Shown here piece after piece: positions 62,794 through 64,000 of a stretch of DNA of 64,000 nucleotides. Position numbers and translations under genes: made by a program. This DNA is from Nanobdellota archaeon. Its GTDB lineage: Archaea > Nanobdellota > Nanobdellia > Pacearchaeales > GW2011-AR1. Positions within the stretch are counted from its first letter, which is position 1; each line of letters opens with the position of its first letter. The notes under the pieces are model-generated. The model was given only the letters and a program-made list of their open reading frames with translations. It did not search any database and was not told the origin of the DNA. The DNA lies in the NCBI GenBank assembly GCA_018815925.1, contig JAHIWS010000011.1:51753-115752 (forward strand). The letters are read 5' to 3'.

Positions 62794-63003
62794 TCGGGTT
62801 TAGTATAATAATTTTTAAAAAGTAATTTTGGCATTGTTTTTAATAACAGAATGTAATAGAAAGAATGTATTCTTTATACCAAAAAACCAAATTATTTTCC
62901 AGAGATAAAAGTTGATGAAGATTATAAAGAAAAAGTTTGTTGTACTGATGTTTCTAATAAATGTGTTTTTCAGGAGCTTTTTATAACACAAGAAATTTTA
63001 AAT

Positions 63004-63201
63004 TTGACAGCAAAAATTGCTAAAGATGAGTTAGAGAGTAATATAGGATTAAGAAGGAAAATTAAAATTTTGGGTAAAGTTTTGAAAGAGGAAGAGCAAA
63101 AGAGTTATGATTTTAAACAAGATGCAGAACAAGCTAGAAGAAATCATGTAGAAGATTTTGAAAAAAGGAAGTTTGCAGCAATTAGTGGTTATTTAGATTA
63201 A
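63004..63201 (+). CDS. Hypothetical small protein (TTG start only)
   Basis: Open frame; no in-frame ATG. Weak support. Confidence 0.25.
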   Translation: MTAKIAKDELESNIGLRRKIKILGKVLKEEEQKSYDFKQDAEQARRNHVEDFEKRKFAAISGYLD

Positions 63202-63220
63202 TTCTTAAGAAGAAGTTAAA

Positions 63221-63853
63221 TCAGCCCAAATATCTCACCTTACCAGGTCGAGGTTCGAAGATTATGCCTTCTTCAAGGAGTTTTTGAATTTCTTGATTGA
63301 TTATTGTTGGGGAGATTTCTCTTAAATTCATGATTATTTTTTCTATTTCAATTCCTCCTGCTTCTTCAGCATTTTTTATTGTTCCTAGAAGTTTGTCTTT
63401 GACAGCAATTATCTGGTCTTTTCCTAAGGGGTCTGAATTTTTTTCTTTTTCTTTTTCAATTTCTAATTTTCTTATAAGAAGATATTTTGTATCTTGTTCT
63501 TTTACTATCTCTGGATTTATATATAATTCATTATTCCAGTATCTTAAAACACCTATAACAACCACTGTTAATCCTTGAGTTATGTATTTGAATTTATCTA
63601 CATCATCACCAAATACTTTTAATCTTATTTGTCCTGACCCATCATCAAGCATAAAAAAAGAGTATTTTTTATCTCCTTCACTTTCAAATTTATCTACTAT
63701 GTTTCCTATAATATTAACTCTTATTATTTTTTTATTTCCTAATTCTACAAAAGAAAATCTTTCCCCATCTAATATTGGTTTTCCTATTAAAATATCACCT
63801 ATTCTTAATTTATATGCAATATGACGTTTGTATTGTTGTTCATCTGGAGTCAT
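63221..63853 (-). CDS. OB-fold protein with a C-terminal winged helix; RPA2 (RPA32)/Stn1-like ssDNA-binding protein
   Basis: SD GGAGG 12 nt upstream. OB core: VNIIGNIVDKFE....YSFFMLDDGSGQIRLKVFGD......GLTVVVIGVLRYWNNELYINPE. C-terminal wH: INQEIQKLLEEGIIFEPRPGKVRYL. Confidence 0.5.
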   Translation of the reverse strand: MTPDEQQYKRHIAYKLRIGDILIGKPILDGERFSFVELGNKKIIRVNIIGNIVDKFESEGDKKYSFFMLDDGSGQIRLKVFGDDVDKFKYITQGLTVVVIGVLRYWNNELYINPEIVKEQDTKYLLIRKLEIEKEKEKNSDPLGKDQIIAVKDKLLGTIKNAEEAGGIEIEKIIMNLREISPTIINQEIQKLLEEGIIFEPRPGKVRYLG

Positions 63854-64000
63854 TATAAAGGCAACCTCCTGGTTTTCTTTATCAAACTTTCCTTTGAATT
63901 AGGGGTCAAGCCTGATTGAAAATAAAATTAGAAGAGCTTTATAAGTTTTTATGAGTTTTTTATCACATCCTTTGGACATACCCTCTTCTTGGTTTGAATA

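Overview
AT-rich, gene-dense archaeal segment, probably from a DPANN-type archaeon (Woese-/Pacearchaeota-like). The archaeal assignment rests on aIF-1A, aIF-2beta, TFE, eS17, tRNA-splicing endonuclease, GatD/GatE and deoxyhypusine synthase. It is also supported by TATA boxes 24-25 nt upstream of several starts and by two tRNAs with long introns at position 37/38.

The window has two parts.

(1) Positions 1 to about 22,400 are a cell-surface island.
- It holds three giant membrane-anchored proteins: >2,560 aa (runs off the window edge and is absent from the ORF track), 1,287 aa and 1,634 aa. They are built from LamG, beta-helix, DUF2341 and Ig-like repeat modules and are dense in NxS/T sequons.
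- It also holds a secreted GH114-like polysaccharide hydrolase and four smaller anchored paralogs.
- Two giant genes share a nearly identical promoter and 5' cassette.
- One adhesin tip domain also exists as a free-standing duplicate gene.
- Two adhesins carry DNA-binding-like modules on the predicted cytoplasmic side. One has an RHH-like N-terminus just before its signal anchor. The other has two HTH modules fused in frame to its C-terminus. I consider this the most interesting signal, as a possible membrane-tethered regulator or contact-sensing architecture. It is a hypothesis only.

(2) Positions about 22,500-64,000 are housekeeping genes.
- Eight aaRS/amidotransferase genes: GlyRS, bacterial-type LeuRS, compact bacterial-type AlaRS, ProRS, GatD, GatE, AspRS, AsnRS.
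- Four tRNAs: Cys, Met/Ile2-CAT, Arg, Asn.
- Other calls include FtsZ, rhomboid, an HtrA-like protease, bacterial-type PanD, a VapBC module and many small membrane proteins.
- Small-scale oddities: two genes (KH/Dim2-like and aIF-2beta) have duplicated 3'-end relics just downstream, separated by short inserts. There is a slippery A_AAA_AAU frameshift site, interleaved anti-SD complementarity in one 5' leader, and a long palindrome-rich ftsZ leader.

I found no CRISPR array, rRNA, transposase or reverse transcriptase.

Caveat on the ORF track: it uses TTG/GTG starts translated as M, so several listed starts are too far upstream. I give corrected ATG starts where the sequence supports them.
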